From contig CAZYIA010000001.1 in the NCBI GenBank assembly GCA_964646765.1, positions 274,105 through 338,104 on the forward strand: a stretch of DNA of 64,000 nucleotides, in the 5' to 3' direction. Both the position numbers and the translations under genes were made by a program. The notes below the pieces were generated by a model. It was not told the origin of the DNA and searched no databases. It saw only the letters and a list, made by a program, of their open reading frames with translations. Origin of the DNA: an uncultured Candidatus Saccharibacteria bacterium (GTDB taxonomy: Bacteria > Patescibacteriota > Minisyncoccia > Phycocordibacterales > UBA9973). Below are positions 24,483 through 34,793 of the stretch, piece after piece; the first letter of the stretch is position 1; each line of letters opens with the position of its first letter.

Positions 24483-26204
24483 TTACCTGTCAGGTGGCAG
24501 GTCGTAGTAGTTTATCAGAAAATCAATCATCTCGCGAAGGCCGGCACCGAGAGTTTCCGCAGAAAATGTTGCCCCTTTGGGATTACGATTATAAAGAAAA
24601 ACAATAAATTTTGGATCATAGGCCGGCAAATACGCAAATGCGGTATGTAGGAAACGATCAGAATAATAACCACCCTCTGGTTTTACCAACTGTGCCGTAC
24701 CAGTTTTCGCAGCCACGCTGTAGTGCTCAAGATGCAGAGCTCCGTTTGCGGTACCGTAATCAAATACATGCACCAACATGCGAGTTATTGTTTCGGTTGT
24801 AGTGGCTGGTAACACTTGTTCGCCTTTTGGCCATTCTAATGTTTTAGTACCACCATCTTTATAATTGATAGAAGCTCCAATATGAGGCGTTACTAAATAA
24901 CCGCCATTAGCAAGCACCGAAAACGCACGCACTGCTGAAACTGGTGAGAGCGCAATACCTTGACCAAATGACGCCGTAGCATAATCAACCGGCTGACCTT
25001 TTTCAAGATTTCTCGTGAGATTGGTTACTTCATTTGGTAAATCAATTCCGGTTTTTTTATTAATTCCAAATTTATAGAGATATTCTCGGAAGCGATCATT
25101 TCCTAATTTTTGTTCTGCAAAGACCGCACCGGTGTTGAGTGATTTATCAAGTACTGTTTGCATTGTGGTAATACCACGAGCTTTACTGTCGAAGTTTGCT
25201 ACACGGCGGCCACTAATAGTTAAGACTCCTTTATCATCGTAGGTGGTATCTGGAGTTACCACACCAGCATCAATGGCTCCGGCCATAGTAAGCGGCTTAA
25301 CAACCGAACCAAGCTCAAACACATGCTCAACCAAAGGATTACTAAAATGGCTAATATCTTCGGTTTGCTGATAGGTATTTGGATCAAAGTCTGGTAACGC
25401 AGTAAGTGCATAAATGGCACCTGTTTTAGGATCCATAATAATGCCGCCAACTTCATCCGACTGAAACTTTGAGAGCACACCCTGAAGTGTTTCTTCTAAT
25501 TTTTGTTCTACTAGCGGCTCAATTGTTGTCACCACATCTCCTTCTCCATGATCTTTCGTAACTACCGAATCTGAAACACTATTCCAAAGCTCAGCAAAGA
25601 AATTAACAAACACTGTGTCGTTAGATCGCGAAAGTGTATCATTATAAGAACGCTCTACACCGTATGAACCAGCGCGATTTTTACCATCCCAGCCAACAAA
25701 ACCGATAAGTCGTGATGCGAGACTTTCACCAGGATAAAAACGCCATTTTTCTTTATAAATTTGCACGCCCGGCAACTTGAGTGCTGAAATGGCATCAGCG
25801 ACATCTTTTGAAAGATGGTCGGTAATTTCTTCGTACGGATCGTTCGTTCGTCCTGCTTTCTGTATAAAATCGTCATGCGGAATTGACGTAAGTGCATTGA
25901 GTGCTTCATATGTTTTTTCGGGATCAGTAATTGACTTAGGTTCAATCGCAACTTTAAAACCCGAAGTGAGTGTTGCTGCGGACACAAGCGTGCCATCTTT
26001 TCGCGTAAAGAAAATACTGCCACGCTCAAAAATATCAGTAACCGGTGTCACGTACTGACGATCAGCCCGAGTAATATAGTCATCTTTATGGATGATTTCT
26101 AAACTCACAAGCTTCAAAATAATAAGAAGCGCGATCAAAATAACAAAACCCCGGACAATCCAGAGTTTTGTATTCGTAACGTTAGATTCCATGAGCAAAT
26201 GCAA
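24483..26204 (-). CDS. ftsI: peptidoglycan D,D-transpeptidase (class B PBP, FtsI-like)
   Basis: 573 aa; N-terminal TM, dimerisation domain, transpeptidase motifs SVVKP (SxxK), KTGTA; position after ftsL. Confidence 0.8.
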   Translation of the reverse strand: MHLLMESNVTNTKLWIVRGFVILIALLIILKLVSLEIIHKDDYITRADRQYVTPVTDIFERGSIFFTRKDGTLVSAATLTSGFKVAIEPKSITDPEKTYEALNALTSIPHDDFIQKAGRTNDPYEEITDHLSKDVADAISALKLPGVQIYKEKWRFYPGESLASRLIGFVGWDGKNRAGSYGVERSYNDTLSRSNDTVFVNFFAELWNSVSDSVVTKDHGEGDVVTTIEPLVEQKLEETLQGVLSKFQSDEVGGIIMDPKTGAIYALTALPDFDPNTYQQTEDISHFSNPLVEHVFELGSVVKPLTMAGAIDAGVVTPDTTYDDKGVLTISGRRVANFDSKARGITTMQTVLDKSLNTGAVFAEQKLGNDRFREYLYKFGINKKTGIDLPNEVTNLTRNLEKGQPVDYATASFGQGIALSPVSAVRAFSVLANGGYLVTPHIGASINYKDGGTKTLEWPKGEQVLPATTTETITRMLVHVFDYGTANGALHLEHYSVAAKTGTAQLVKPEGGYYSDRFLHTAFAYLPAYDPKFIVFLYNRNPKGATFSAETLGAGLREMIDFLINYYDLPPDR

Positions 26205-26517
26205 CAGCTACACCGGTGCCTTCTCGTGCGTAGGCAACTGCTTTCGGAGTAGTGAGACCTAAGCTTGCTCCAGTTTCTGGAGTCAGACCTTCGGTAAGTG
26301 AGAGATAGGTTCCTTCAAGTGTAGCAGTAGCTGAGACAGTATCACGAATAGCAACTTCAATAGTACGGCGATGGAGAGCAAGGGAAACGGTTGAGAGCAT
26401 AGCGTAAAGATACAAACCAAAAGCCAGGACAATAACCATAAAAAGAAAGTGAACCGTGCGACGCTCAAAAACCTGTGAGGTAATGAGTGCAGCTGGAAAT
26501 TGTTTTACACGATACAT
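26182..26517 (-). CDS. ftsL: cell division protein FtsL-like (small single-TM protein)
   Basis: 111 aa, one TM helix, located between rsmH and ftsI as in canonical dcw clusters. Confidence 0.45.
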   Translation of the reverse strand: MYRVKQFPAALITSQVFERRTVHFLFMVIVLAFGLYLYAMLSTVSLALHRRTIEVAIRDTVSATATLEGTYLSLTEGLTPETGASLGLTTPKAVAYAREGTGVAVAFAHGI

Positions 26518-26543
26518 ATGGTGACTATAGAGACTTTTAGCTT

Positions 26544-27443
26544 CTAACTTTTTTCGATAACGCGAAGCTTGGCGCTTCGGGCTCGAGGATTAGTTTTTGC
26601 TTCACTTTCATTTGGACCAACCGGTTTTTTGGTAATAATTTTTCCAGAACCATCGCTCGCCAGAGTTTTAAACGTCTGCTTCACGATGCGGTCTTCCAAA
26701 CTGTGAAAAGTGATCACTGCAAGCCTTCCTCCGCTAGCAAGGCTGTTCCATCCTCCATTAATTCCCTCTTCGAGCGCTCGCAATTCGTCGTTAACGGCGA
26801 TGCGAATAGCTTGGAAGGTTCGGGTAGCTGGATGGATTCGGCCTTTCTTGTAGGCTGACGGCACTGCGGCATCCACACACGACACTAAATCAAACGTTGT
26901 CATGAGCGGGTGAACTTGTCGTCTCTCTACAATTACTTTGGCGATGCGGCGAGCGTAGCGCTCTTCACCGTAGGCGTAGATCATATTGGCTAGTGCTTCT
27001 CCACTAGCACTGTTTAAAAGAACTTTGGCAGTTAGGGTTTCGTCGGTTACTGGATACTCCATCGTCATTTCGAGTGGTTCATCGCGAAGGAAAGAAAATC
27101 CTCGACCACTTGCATCGAGCTGATCGCTACTTATGCCGATGTCGAGCAAAATGGCATCAACTGGAGTGAAATCATTTTCAGTGAGAACGCGCTCCATATT
27201 TCGGAAACTCTCATTAAAAAGGATTGGTTTCGCGCCAAGTTTTGCCAATCGAGCCTGTGCTCGTTTGAGCGCTTCCTTATCGCGATCAAAACCAATGATC
27301 GTAACTTTCCCTTTGAGTGTTTCAAAGACTGCACTCGCATGACCTCCACCACCAAACGTTCCGTCAACATAGACGGTATTTGGGCGAAGATTCAAATTCG
27401 AGAGTGTCTCGGCAAGAAGAACTGGAATGTGAACGGTTTCCAT
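26544..27443 (-). CDS. rsmH: 16S rRNA (cytosine1402-N4)-methyltransferase
   Basis: 299 aa; N-terminus HIPVLLAETLSNL...YVDGTFGGGGHA is the MraW signature. Confidence 0.9.
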   Translation of the reverse strand: METVHIPVLLAETLSNLNLRPNTVYVDGTFGGGGHASAVFETLKGKVTIIGFDRDKEALKRAQARLAKLGAKPILFNESFRNMERVLTENDFTPVDAILLDIGISSDQLDASGRGFSFLRDEPLEMTMEYPVTDETLTAKVLLNSASGEALANMIYAYGEERYARRIAKVIVERRQVHPLMTTFDLVSCVDAAVPSAYKKGRIHPATRTFQAIRIAVNDELRALEEGINGGWNSLASGGRLAVITFHSLEDRIVKQTFKTLASDGSGKIITKKPVGPNESEAKTNPRARSAKLRVIEKS

Positions 27444-27446
27444 ACT

Positions 27447-27881
27447 TTAAAGAACACCAATGGAACCAAGTTTCTCAGCAAGCGAGTCGGCCTGCCCTTC
27501 GACATTCTTCTTGTAATCGCTCCAGGTTTTTTCGTTCCAAATTTCAACCCGGTTCGATACACCGATGATAGCGACATTCTTTTTAAGCCCTGCACGCTCT
27601 TTAAGGAAATCTGGTACGAGGATGCGGCCACTGCCGTCTACCTCAACCTCAACTGCTCCTCCAAAGAGAAAGCGATTGAATGAACGATTATCCGTTTGGA
27701 GCATCGAGCTCTCTGCCAATCGAGAAGCAATTTTTTGCCACTCGTCTGGTGCAAACATAAATATTGATTTATCAAGACCGGGAGCAAGGACAACCTTTTT
27801 CCCGAATTCAGTGCGAAATTTCGCGGGTAAGGACACGCGGTTTTTCTCATCTAATGTATGTATGTATTCTCCAATGAGCAT
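27447..27881 (-). CDS. mraZ: transcriptional regulator MraZ
   Basis: 144 aa; duplicated MraZ domain with DEKNRVSLP and DGSGRILVP motifs. Confidence 0.9.
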   Translation of the reverse strand: MLIGEYIHTLDEKNRVSLPAKFRTEFGKKVVLAPGLDKSIFMFAPDEWQKIASRLAESSMLQTDNRSFNRFLFGGAVEVEVDGSGRILVPDFLKERAGLKKNVAIIGVSNRVEIWNEKTWSDYKKNVEGQADSLAEKLGSIGVL

Positions 27882-27901
27882 AAACCGCGTAATTTCCTAA
27901 A

Positions 27902-27948
27902 TCCCACTTATTCCCACCTAAATGAAATTTTACTCCACTTCATCCCAC
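27902..27948 (-). promoter_or_regulatory. putative MraZ operator: four GTGG(G)A direct repeats (plus strand TCCCAC at 27902, 27912, 27934(TCCAC), 27943) with ~10-bp phasing in the mraZ leader
   Basis: Repeats read directly; MraZ of E. coli/Bacillus binds phased GTGGG-type direct repeats in its own promoter. Confidence 0.4.
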
Positions 27949-28047
27949 CATGCTAATTTTCGTGCCACTTTTCTGTGGATAAAAAGAACGAAAAAAGTAA
28001 AAAGAAATGAAATAGAAGTTACGTCTACTGAACGAGCGTTCACAAAT

Positions 28048-28075
28048 AAAAAAGCCCTATGGTGTAGGGCTTTTT
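28048..28075. terminator. bidirectional rho-independent terminator (aaaaaAGCCCTAtggtgTAGGGCTtttt) insulating dcw promoter region from upstream gene
   Basis: 7-bp stem with A/T runs on both sides. Confidence 0.6.
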
Positions 28076-28101
28076 AGAATTTTTTGAGAATGAAATTTGA
28101 T

Positions 28102-28401
28102 TTACAAACAACCAATCAAGAAACAATTTGAGCATCCATCTGGCTCAAGACCATGCGGACCAATGTTTTTAAACACTTTGCAGGTTTTACAGAGACCGCG
28201 AGTAACCACTGGTTTACCCTTTCGATCAATGGGGTGGATTTGTCCGCACTTACACTGACACACCTTGGTTTCTTTTTTGAGTATGCCCTGATTAAATGTG
28301 ACATCTCCCAATTTTTGAGAATGACTCCAGGTGTTAATGGTGTACATTGGTGGAATGAGTTCATGTTCTTTTCTTTCTGGTACATTTTGTGTGATACACA
28401 T
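28102..28401 (-). CDS. small cysteine-rich hypothetical protein
   Basis: 99 aa, 10 Cys (CQCKCGQ..., CKTCKVFKN..., CSNC); terminator 27 nt downstream. Confidence 0.4.
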   Translation of the reverse strand: MCITQNVPERKEHELIPPMYTINTWSHSQKLGDVTFNQGILKKETKVCQCKCGQIHPIDRKGKPVVTRGLCKTCKVFKNIGPHGLEPDGCSNCFLIGCL

Positions 28402-28598
28402 AGTATTAAGTTTTAAAAGTGAAAAATAAAAAAAACGACCCTCACAGAAGGGCCGATGTTTATTTTCATTCTTTGGAAATTTCGAGAATCAACGCAAAGA
28501 CCGGCCCTCCTTGTTTCGGAAGCCGAAATAAAAACCTTTGTTTGTAACTTTGCGTACCATAATTCGAATGTAGCAGAGGGATGTGGTAGTGTCAAACT

Positions 28599-29345
28599 AT
28601 GGAGGGAAAATTTCTCTGGTATAAAAACTTAGGCGAAACACCACTCGAAGCACTTGAACGGGCTCGGAGAGAAAAAGGGATCCCCGATACTGTTCCAATG
28701 ACCTACGCCGGCCGTCTTGATCCTCTTGTTGAAGGCTTATTACTTATTTTGGTTGGCGAAGCATGCAAAACAAAAGATCAGTACAACAAGCTCGATAAAA
28801 CCTATGAGTTTAAAATTCTCTCTGGTATTAGCACTGATAGCTACGATCTGCTCGGTTTAATTACTGATACTGATTTTGGAACGAAACTTGAAATCGGGAG
28901 CGTGAAAAAATACTTAGAAGAAAATAAGAAAACCATAACCCAAAATTATCCGCCATATTCTTCTAAAACCTTTGAGGGCAAGCAACTTCATGCACATGCA
29001 CGCGAAGGCAACTTCCCTACCATGAACCACAAAGTAACCCTCTACGACTACGAATTTTTAGGTGAACGCTCTATTTCAAAAGACGAACTTTTAAAAACTA
29101 TTATCGAGCGAATTGATTTAGTTTCCGGCGACTTCCGCCAAGAAGAAATTAAAGAAAAGTGGAAAGAAGTTCTTGAATCTACTCAAGCTAACTTCCAAAT
29201 CACCTCTTGGCGCGCTCAGGTTTCAAGTGGATTCTATATCCGTCAGCTAGTAAAAGATATTGGCGAGCATTTCAAAATACAAACGGTTACTTTTTATATC
29301 AAAAGAACAGCAATTGGAAGCGAATTACTTCTCGATAAAAGCTAA
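28599..29345 (+). CDS. truB: tRNA pseudouridine synthase (TruB family)
   Basis: 248 aa; catalytic-Asp region MTYAGRLDPLVEGLLLILVGEACK. Confidence 0.6.
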   Translation: MEGKFLWYKNLGETPLEALERARREKGIPDTVPMTYAGRLDPLVEGLLLILVGEACKTKDQYNKLDKTYEFKILSGISTDSYDLLGLITDTDFGTKLEIGSVKKYLEENKKTITQNYPPYSSKTFEGKQLHAHAREGNFPTMNHKVTLYDYEFLGERSISKDELLKTIIERIDLVSGDFRQEEIKEKWKEVLESTQANFQITSWRAQVSSGFYIRQLVKDIGEHFKIQTVTFYIKRTAIGSELLLDKS

Positions 29346-29819
29346 GAGGGCATCAAATATTCCCTGCTCGGTTTTTACCCAAGAATTTTGCTTGGCCTCT
29401 TCTACAGAAAGCCAAAGACCAAGTTCGTTTGTTTGCGCGCGTTGTGTGACTTTACCAGCATAAAAAAGCATGTAACTTGTTGGGCTTGGATACCGATAGT
29501 TTTCTGGCGTATTCGGAGTATGGGTTTTATTTATAGCGACAAGAGAAACAGCTTCTGGGGTAACACCAGTTTCTTCTACCAGTTCACGCGCAATTGCTTG
29601 TTCTGGAGTCTCTCCAAGCTCAATATGGCCTCCCGGAAGCTCAAAATCATGCGCATGATCATCTTCGCCGTGCGTAAACAAAATATGACCATCGCAATAA
29701 ATAAACCCATACACTGAAACACAAAGTTCTAGTGGTGGAAGTTCATTCGAAAGATACGCCTCCGCATAGCTTCCTGACGGAAGCCAAGTAGGGTTATCAA
29801 TCTTCTGCAGAAACTGCAT
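29325..29819 (-). CDS. NUDIX hydrolase
   Basis: 164 aa; Nudix box GGHIELGETPEQAIARELVEETGV. Confidence 0.85.
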   Translation of the reverse strand: MQFLQKIDNPTWLPSGSYAEAYLSNELPPLELCVSVYGFIYCDGHILFTHGEDDHAHDFELPGGHIELGETPEQAIARELVEETGVTPEAVSLVAINKTHTPNTPENYRYPSPTSYMLFYAGKVTQRAQTNELGLWLSVEEAKQNSWVKTEQGIFDALLAFIEK

Positions 29820-29820
29820 A

Positions 29821-31302
29821 TTATTTTTCTTTCGGCTTCACGAGAGGAAACAGCTGTGTTTCGCGAATTGGTTTATCTACCATGAAGGCAAAGAGACGCT
29901 CACCGAAGCCGAAGCCACATGTTGGTGGCATGGCGTGTTCCAACATTTCAACGAACTCCCATTCTGGTTGCATTGCTTCTTCGTCGCCACTTTCAATAAG
30001 TTTTTGTTGGAGTTCAAAGCGAGCACGCTGATCAATTGGATCGTTTAGTTCAGAGAAACCATTTCCTACTTCTGATCCTGCGAGGAGAATTTGGAAACGC
30101 TCAACGGTTCCTGGGCGATCAACTGATTCTTTAGCAAGCGGCGAAACCAATTTTGGATGATGCACTAAAAAGGCTGGGCCAGCAATTTTCTTGCGGCAGT
30201 ACTTCCAAAGCGTATCGGTAAGACGCTCGCGGTTTGCACCTTCGTACTTAACTGAAAGCTCATCGAGCTTTTTCTTCATGTCTTCTTCGGTAGCTGTGAG
30301 AACATCAATACCGGTTTGCTTTTTGATTTCATCAACATACTCGACTACCGGCCACTCACCTGCCAAGTCGAACGTATGACCGCGAGTAGTGAACTCTGTT
30401 TTACCAAACACCTCTTTAGCGAGGTATTGATAAAGTTCTTGAGTGAGCTTCATGCCATCGTGATAATCAGCATAGCCCCAGTAAAATTCCATGTTGGTAA
30501 ATTCTTGAAGATGTTCAGGACTTGATCCTTCGTTGCGGTATGCGCGACCAATTTCAAATGTTTTTGGAAAACCGGCAGCCATCAAACGCTTCTGCCAAAG
30601 TTCACCAATGGAAATACGAAGATATACCGCGAGATCAAAATCTTTGTGGTGTGTTTTGAATGGATTTGCTTCAGCCCCGCCGGTAGTTACTTCAAGTGTC
30701 GGGGTTTCTACTTCAAGAAAGCCGTGCTTTAACATGAATTCGCGCGTCGCATCCCAAAAGCGGGCTTTCTTAGCGAACATCTCGCGCATTTCTGGATTAG
30801 TAACGAATGCGAGATAGCGCTTACGAAGCAGTTCTTCTTCGTCTTCGAGGCCATAGTATTCAGACGGAAGCGGGAGAAGTGACTTTGATGCCATTACCCA
30901 ACTTTTAGCCAAAATACTGTTCTGGCCTCGTTGTGTTACAAATACCGGACCGGTAACAGAAATGAAATCGCCTAAATCGGCAGTTTCGCCAAAGAGCGCA
31001 AAATTTTTTTCTTCCATATCATCTTTCTTAAAGACTACTTGGAATTTTGCTGTGCCGTCATCAAGGGTGGCAAACATAATAGCGCCTTGGCCACGGAGCG
31101 TGGTAATACGTCCGGCAACTGAAATTTCTTTTACACTATCAAGAAGCGACTGAAAATTAGCAGTAACTTCAGAAAGTGAAGTATCACGAGGAACGCGTGC
31201 TGGATAAGGGTTAATTCCCGCTTGTTTGAGTTTTTCGAGTTTCTCTATCCGAGCGGCACGGATTTCTTCAAGGGCTGCCATATATAGCGGTGAGTATAGC
31301 AA
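29821..31302 (-). CDS. lysS: lysine--tRNA ligase (class II)
   Basis: 493 aa; N-terminal OB anticodon-binding domain, class II motifs incl. FEIGRAYRNEG. Confidence 0.85.
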   Translation of the reverse strand: MLYSPLYMAALEEIRAARIEKLEKLKQAGINPYPARVPRDTSLSEVTANFQSLLDSVKEISVAGRITTLRGQGAIMFATLDDGTAKFQVVFKKDDMEEKNFALFGETADLGDFISVTGPVFVTQRGQNSILAKSWVMASKSLLPLPSEYYGLEDEEELLRKRYLAFVTNPEMREMFAKKARFWDATREFMLKHGFLEVETPTLEVTTGGAEANPFKTHHKDFDLAVYLRISIGELWQKRLMAAGFPKTFEIGRAYRNEGSSPEHLQEFTNMEFYWGYADYHDGMKLTQELYQYLAKEVFGKTEFTTRGHTFDLAGEWPVVEYVDEIKKQTGIDVLTATEEDMKKKLDELSVKYEGANRERLTDTLWKYCRKKIAGPAFLVHHPKLVSPLAKESVDRPGTVERFQILLAGSEVGNGFSELNDPIDQRARFELQQKLIESGDEEAMQPEWEFVEMLEHAMPPTCGFGFGERLFAFMVDKPIRETQLFPLVKPKEK

Positions 31303-31330
31303 AAAGCGCCTGTATTAGACAGGCGCTTTT
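31301..31330. terminator. bidirectional rho-independent terminator (aaaaAGCGCCTGtattagaCAGGCGCTtttg)
   Basis: 8-bp GC-rich stem with flanking A/T runs. Confidence 0.65.
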
Positions 31331-31335
31331 GTGGG

Positions 31336-31797
31336 TTACTTAATGTCAGAGATAGTGTACTCTGTTTCTCCTTTTGGAGTCTTAATGACTGCGGTTTCTC
31401 CTTTTTTCTTACCCATCAAAGCTGCACCAATTGGTGAGTTGTTTGAAATCTTTCCAGCGGCCATGTCAGCCTCTTCGCCACCAACAATAGTGAAAACTCG
31501 TGATTCTTTGTCACCCTTTTTCTTAACGGTAACCACAGAACCAACTGAAACAGCAGCGGTTGAGTGCTTAGTAACAATGACAGAATTACGGAGGACTTCC
31601 TCAATTTTAGCAATACGCTCTTCAAGGCGAGCCTGCTCATCGCGGGCGTTATGATACTCAGCATTCTCAGAAAGGTCACCGAGAGATCGGGCAAACGAAA
31701 GAGCGTCCAGGACTTCCTGGCGCTTTGGACCCTTCAATTCTGCTAACTCTGCCTCGAGATCTTTCTTCTTATCAGGCGAAATATATGTGTCACTCAT
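31336..31797 (-). CDS. greA: transcription elongation factor GreA
   Basis: 153 aa; N-terminal coiled coil, GDLSENAEY motif, C-terminal FKBP-like domain. Confidence 0.9.
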   Translation of the reverse strand: MSDTYISPDKKKDLEAELAELKGPKRQEVLDALSFARSLGDLSENAEYHNARDEQARLEERIAKIEEVLRNSVIVTKHSTAAVSVGSVVTVKKKGDKESRVFTIVGGEEADMAAGKISNNSPIGAALMGKKKGETAVIKTPKGETEYTISDIK

Positions 31798-31838
31798 GAG
31801 CCCTGTAGTTTACCATAAAATTGTAAAATGGCAATATT

Positions 31839-32825
31839 TTACGACTTTCGAAGCCACTTTCGTAGTTTAAACATGAGACCATAAAATAAATATAAAGTTG
31901 GATAGACCACAAGGTCGAAACTCCCCGGTAAAGCCACAATAGAGCCACCATAGCCCTTTTTAAAGCTTGAAAACCCAGCCCAGGAGGCTTCGCCTACTAA
32001 TGTCTCTGGAAGCGTACCCCAAAGGTCGATGGTAGCCGCCCCTCTCTCTTTAGCTTTCTCGATAATCTTAAACAAGAGAAAATTTTTCGCCTTTACCTCT
32101 TTGTGGAGCATGCTCGTACCGCTATAGGGCGTATACCAAGTATCCTTCCAGCAAAAAACTTCATACGCGGCAAGAATATCACCTTGGTATGTGGCAGTGA
32201 AAATTTTTGCCATACCTTTTGGAGCGAGATTTTTCCAAATAGTTTCGTGATATGCGCGAGTATGGCCACCATAGTTTTTTCGTTCCGCAGTACTGAAGAA
32301 AAGGTTAGCGAAGTGAGCGAAGCCTTCGTCGTTTACATATTCATCTACTGTCACCCCAGCGCGTTCGGCAAGCCCAACGTTGTAGCGAGTTTTCTTTTCT
32401 AGTCCCGCGCGAAGTTCTTCAATTGTTTTGCCAGCGAGTGAAATGAGTCGTGTGTGGGAATAAAAATTAGGGTGAGAAGAAACTTTCAACATTGAAGGAA
32501 TCTGCGCAGCGCCTACATGCGGCTCAAATTTTATGAAAAGAATTCGATGCGCTCGAGCATAGGATTTTAGAAAGTTGAGCACGGTTTCGTTCGGTGCATC
32601 GCACTGGGGAACGTAACCAATTGAAAAACCAAGTGGGAGCGCATGAAGTGTTACCTGAAAAACCTGAGTGAGCTTCTCGTTTGAAAACACACCAACGCGA
32701 ATGACTCGAAGTCCGTGGGCTTGGCGTGCCTCTCCCCAAGCAAAAGATTGGAGAGGGTGCGGTGCAAAAGCGTCCCATTCAGCCTCTCCAATTGTTTCAA
32801 GAATTTTTACTGTGTTATCTGACAT
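31839..32825 (-). CDS. FemAB-family peptidoglycan bridge-formation aminoacyltransferase
   Basis: ORF track 31839..32972; likely start MSDNTVKIL at 32825, 1 nt after PBP2 stop; QSFAWGEARQ... resembles FemAB N-domain. Confidence 0.55.
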   Translation of the reverse strand: MSDNTVKILETIGEAEWDAFAPHPLQSFAWGEARQAHGLRVIRVGVFSNEKLTQVFQVTLHALPLGFSIGYVPQCDAPNETVLNFLKSYARAHRILFIKFEPHVGAAQIPSMLKVSSHPNFYSHTRLISLAGKTIEELRAGLEKKTRYNVGLAERAGVTVDEYVNDEGFAHFANLFFSTAERKNYGGHTRAYHETIWKNLAPKGMAKIFTATYQGDILAAYEVFCWKDTWYTPYSGTSMLHKEVKAKNFLLFKIIEKAKERGAATIDLWGTLPETLVGEASWAGFSSFKKGYGGSIVALPGSFDLVVYPTLYLFYGLMFKLRKWLRKS

Positions 32826-32826
32826 A

Positions 32827-34551
32827 TTATCGAACATATTCTGGTGTTTTTTGGTACATCTCAAGAAGTGCATCGTGACCGACACTTCGCACAGTTGCTT
32901 CAGCATCTGATGGACCTCTCTCAAGCATAATAACAAATGCGTAGCGTGGAGCCTCATATGGGAAGAAACCAATCATCCAGGAGTTAACGCGATTATACTT
33001 ACCCGCAACCTGCACTTCAGCGGTACCGGTTTTAACTGCAACTTTGAACGGTAATGTTCCCATAGTAGCAGCAGTACCACTCTCTGCTACGAGCCGCATA
33101 CCTTCACGAATAACTGGAAGATAGGTATTTGGAATTGGTAATGGCGTTGTTGGTGCGGGACTCTCTTTTCGAATATGTGGTGTTACGAGTGTGCCGTTGT
33201 TCGCAATGGAAGCAACCGCGCGCAGCATTTCAATTGGGGTAACCTGAAAGCTATACTGACCAATCGCTGTGTTGTAGGTATCACCAATACGCCATGGTTC
33301 TTTTGGAAATACTTTTGCTTTCCAAGTTGGAGTAGGAATGTTTCCAGTTTTTTCACCATCAAGATCAATACCGGTTTTTTCAGCAATACCAAATTTGTGC
33401 AAATATTCTGCTGCTTTTTCGATACCAATTCCCTTTTGATTCTGGTATCCACCAATAACATTAAAGAAATAAATGTTTGAGGAAACTCTCAAAGCATTTC
33501 GTATATCAAGCCAGCCATTGTTAGGGTGGTAGTCACGGAAAATGGAAGGCTGTGATGGATTAAACGGATTTGGAATAGTAATTTGCGTATTCGAAAGAAT
33601 TTTGGTTTCTGGAGTTACTACACCTTCAGTTAAGGCGGCTGTTGCCATAAATGGCTTCACAATAGATCCAGGGGCATAGAGACCTGAAATTGCCCGGTTC
33701 ACGAACACACTTCGAGTATCTTTAAAATAGTGTGAAATAGTTTGTGAGTCCGTCCCTTCTGAAAGAACCGAGGAATCGTACTCAGGATAACTGGTGAGGG
33801 CGATAAGTTCGCCATTAGTAATATCCATCATAGCGGCCGCACCGCCTGAGTAACCGCCAGCATCAGCAACTTTTTGAAGACGATCAAAGAGCGCTGATTG
33901 CACTCGAGCGTCAATAGTGAGATCAATATTTTTCCCGGGAACTGGTTCGGCAATGAGGTTTTCATTGTATATCTGGCCACGAGCGTCACGTTCAATGAGC
34001 CGGCTGCCATTCGCTCCGGAAAGTTCTGTCTCAGCCAACTTTTCTACTGACGCCTTACCAATAAATTCGCTCTGCCAATAATTTCCTTGATTATCTTTTG
34101 CCGGATAACTTACATAGCCAAGCAAATGAGAAAACCCTGGTGTTTTGTACATGCGACGAGAAAAAGGTTCACCTTCCCGAGCCGGCGCATTCCATGCTAA
34201 CTTTTCACCGGTACGATCATAAATAATACCTCTCTCAGCAAAAATCGGCTCTTCAGCGAGACTATTGTTTTCACTCTCCTTTAAAAACTCGTCACCATGA
34301 ACCAACGAAAGTCCGCCAGCCCTAAATCCGTAAATACAAAGTACCACTATAAAAAAAATACCAATAAACGTAATTATATTCTTGGGAATTGGCTTCTCGA
34401 TGCGGCCTTCAAATTGTTGGGTATCAAACTGTGGAATATTCTTGGCATCAAGAAAAATCTCGTCGGGGGCAACGTCGTCAAATGATCGTTTGTGTTTGCG
34501 AAAAAATCTATTCCAAAACATGAGTAGCAAGTTGTGAGCGAATATAGGCAA
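32827..34551 (-). CDS. mrdA: peptidoglycan D,D-transpeptidase (class B PBP, MrdA/PBP2-like)
   Basis: 574 aa; N-terminal TM, SIVKP (SxxK), SSN, KTGTA motifs. Confidence 0.8.
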   Translation of the reverse strand: MPIFAHNLLLMFWNRFFRKHKRSFDDVAPDEIFLDAKNIPQFDTQQFEGRIEKPIPKNIITFIGIFFIVVLCIYGFRAGGLSLVHGDEFLKESENNSLAEEPIFAERGIIYDRTGEKLAWNAPAREGEPFSRRMYKTPGFSHLLGYVSYPAKDNQGNYWQSEFIGKASVEKLAETELSGANGSRLIERDARGQIYNENLIAEPVPGKNIDLTIDARVQSALFDRLQKVADAGGYSGGAAAMMDITNGELIALTSYPEYDSSVLSEGTDSQTISHYFKDTRSVFVNRAISGLYAPGSIVKPFMATAALTEGVVTPETKILSNTQITIPNPFNPSQPSIFRDYHPNNGWLDIRNALRVSSNIYFFNVIGGYQNQKGIGIEKAAEYLHKFGIAEKTGIDLDGEKTGNIPTPTWKAKVFPKEPWRIGDTYNTAIGQYSFQVTPIEMLRAVASIANNGTLVTPHIRKESPAPTTPLPIPNTYLPVIREGMRLVAESGTAATMGTLPFKVAVKTGTAEVQVAGKYNRVNSWMIGFFPYEAPRYAFVIMLERGPSDAEATVRSVGHDALLEMYQKTPEYVR

Positions 34552-34792
34552 ATAAAAGGAAACATACGGCTCCGCCTAAAAAAAGAACGCCGGGATATTG
34601 GAAAAAAGATACTCGAGCAACCCCAAATAAGCAGTCGAGGATAGCAAGAATTACAAGTGTGCCAATACGAAGTCGAGGGTTCCAAAGTCCGTAGAGCGCC
34701 AAAAAAACTGTCACGTACCAGGGTGTGGTAAGCGAGAGAATAAAGAGTATTAAGAGAAACAGTATGGGAACAACAGGATTTTGGGCGGACAT
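34508..34792 (-). CDS. small polytopic membrane protein, MreD-like (rod-shape)
   Basis: 94 aa, 3 TM, immediately upstream of PBP2 gene; assignment by context only. Confidence 0.3.
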   Translation of the reverse strand: MSAQNPVVPILFLLILFILSLTTPWYVTVFLALYGLWNPRLRIGTLVILAILDCLFGVARVSFFQYPGVLFLGGAVCFLLFAYIRSQLATHVLE

Positions 34793-34793
34793 A

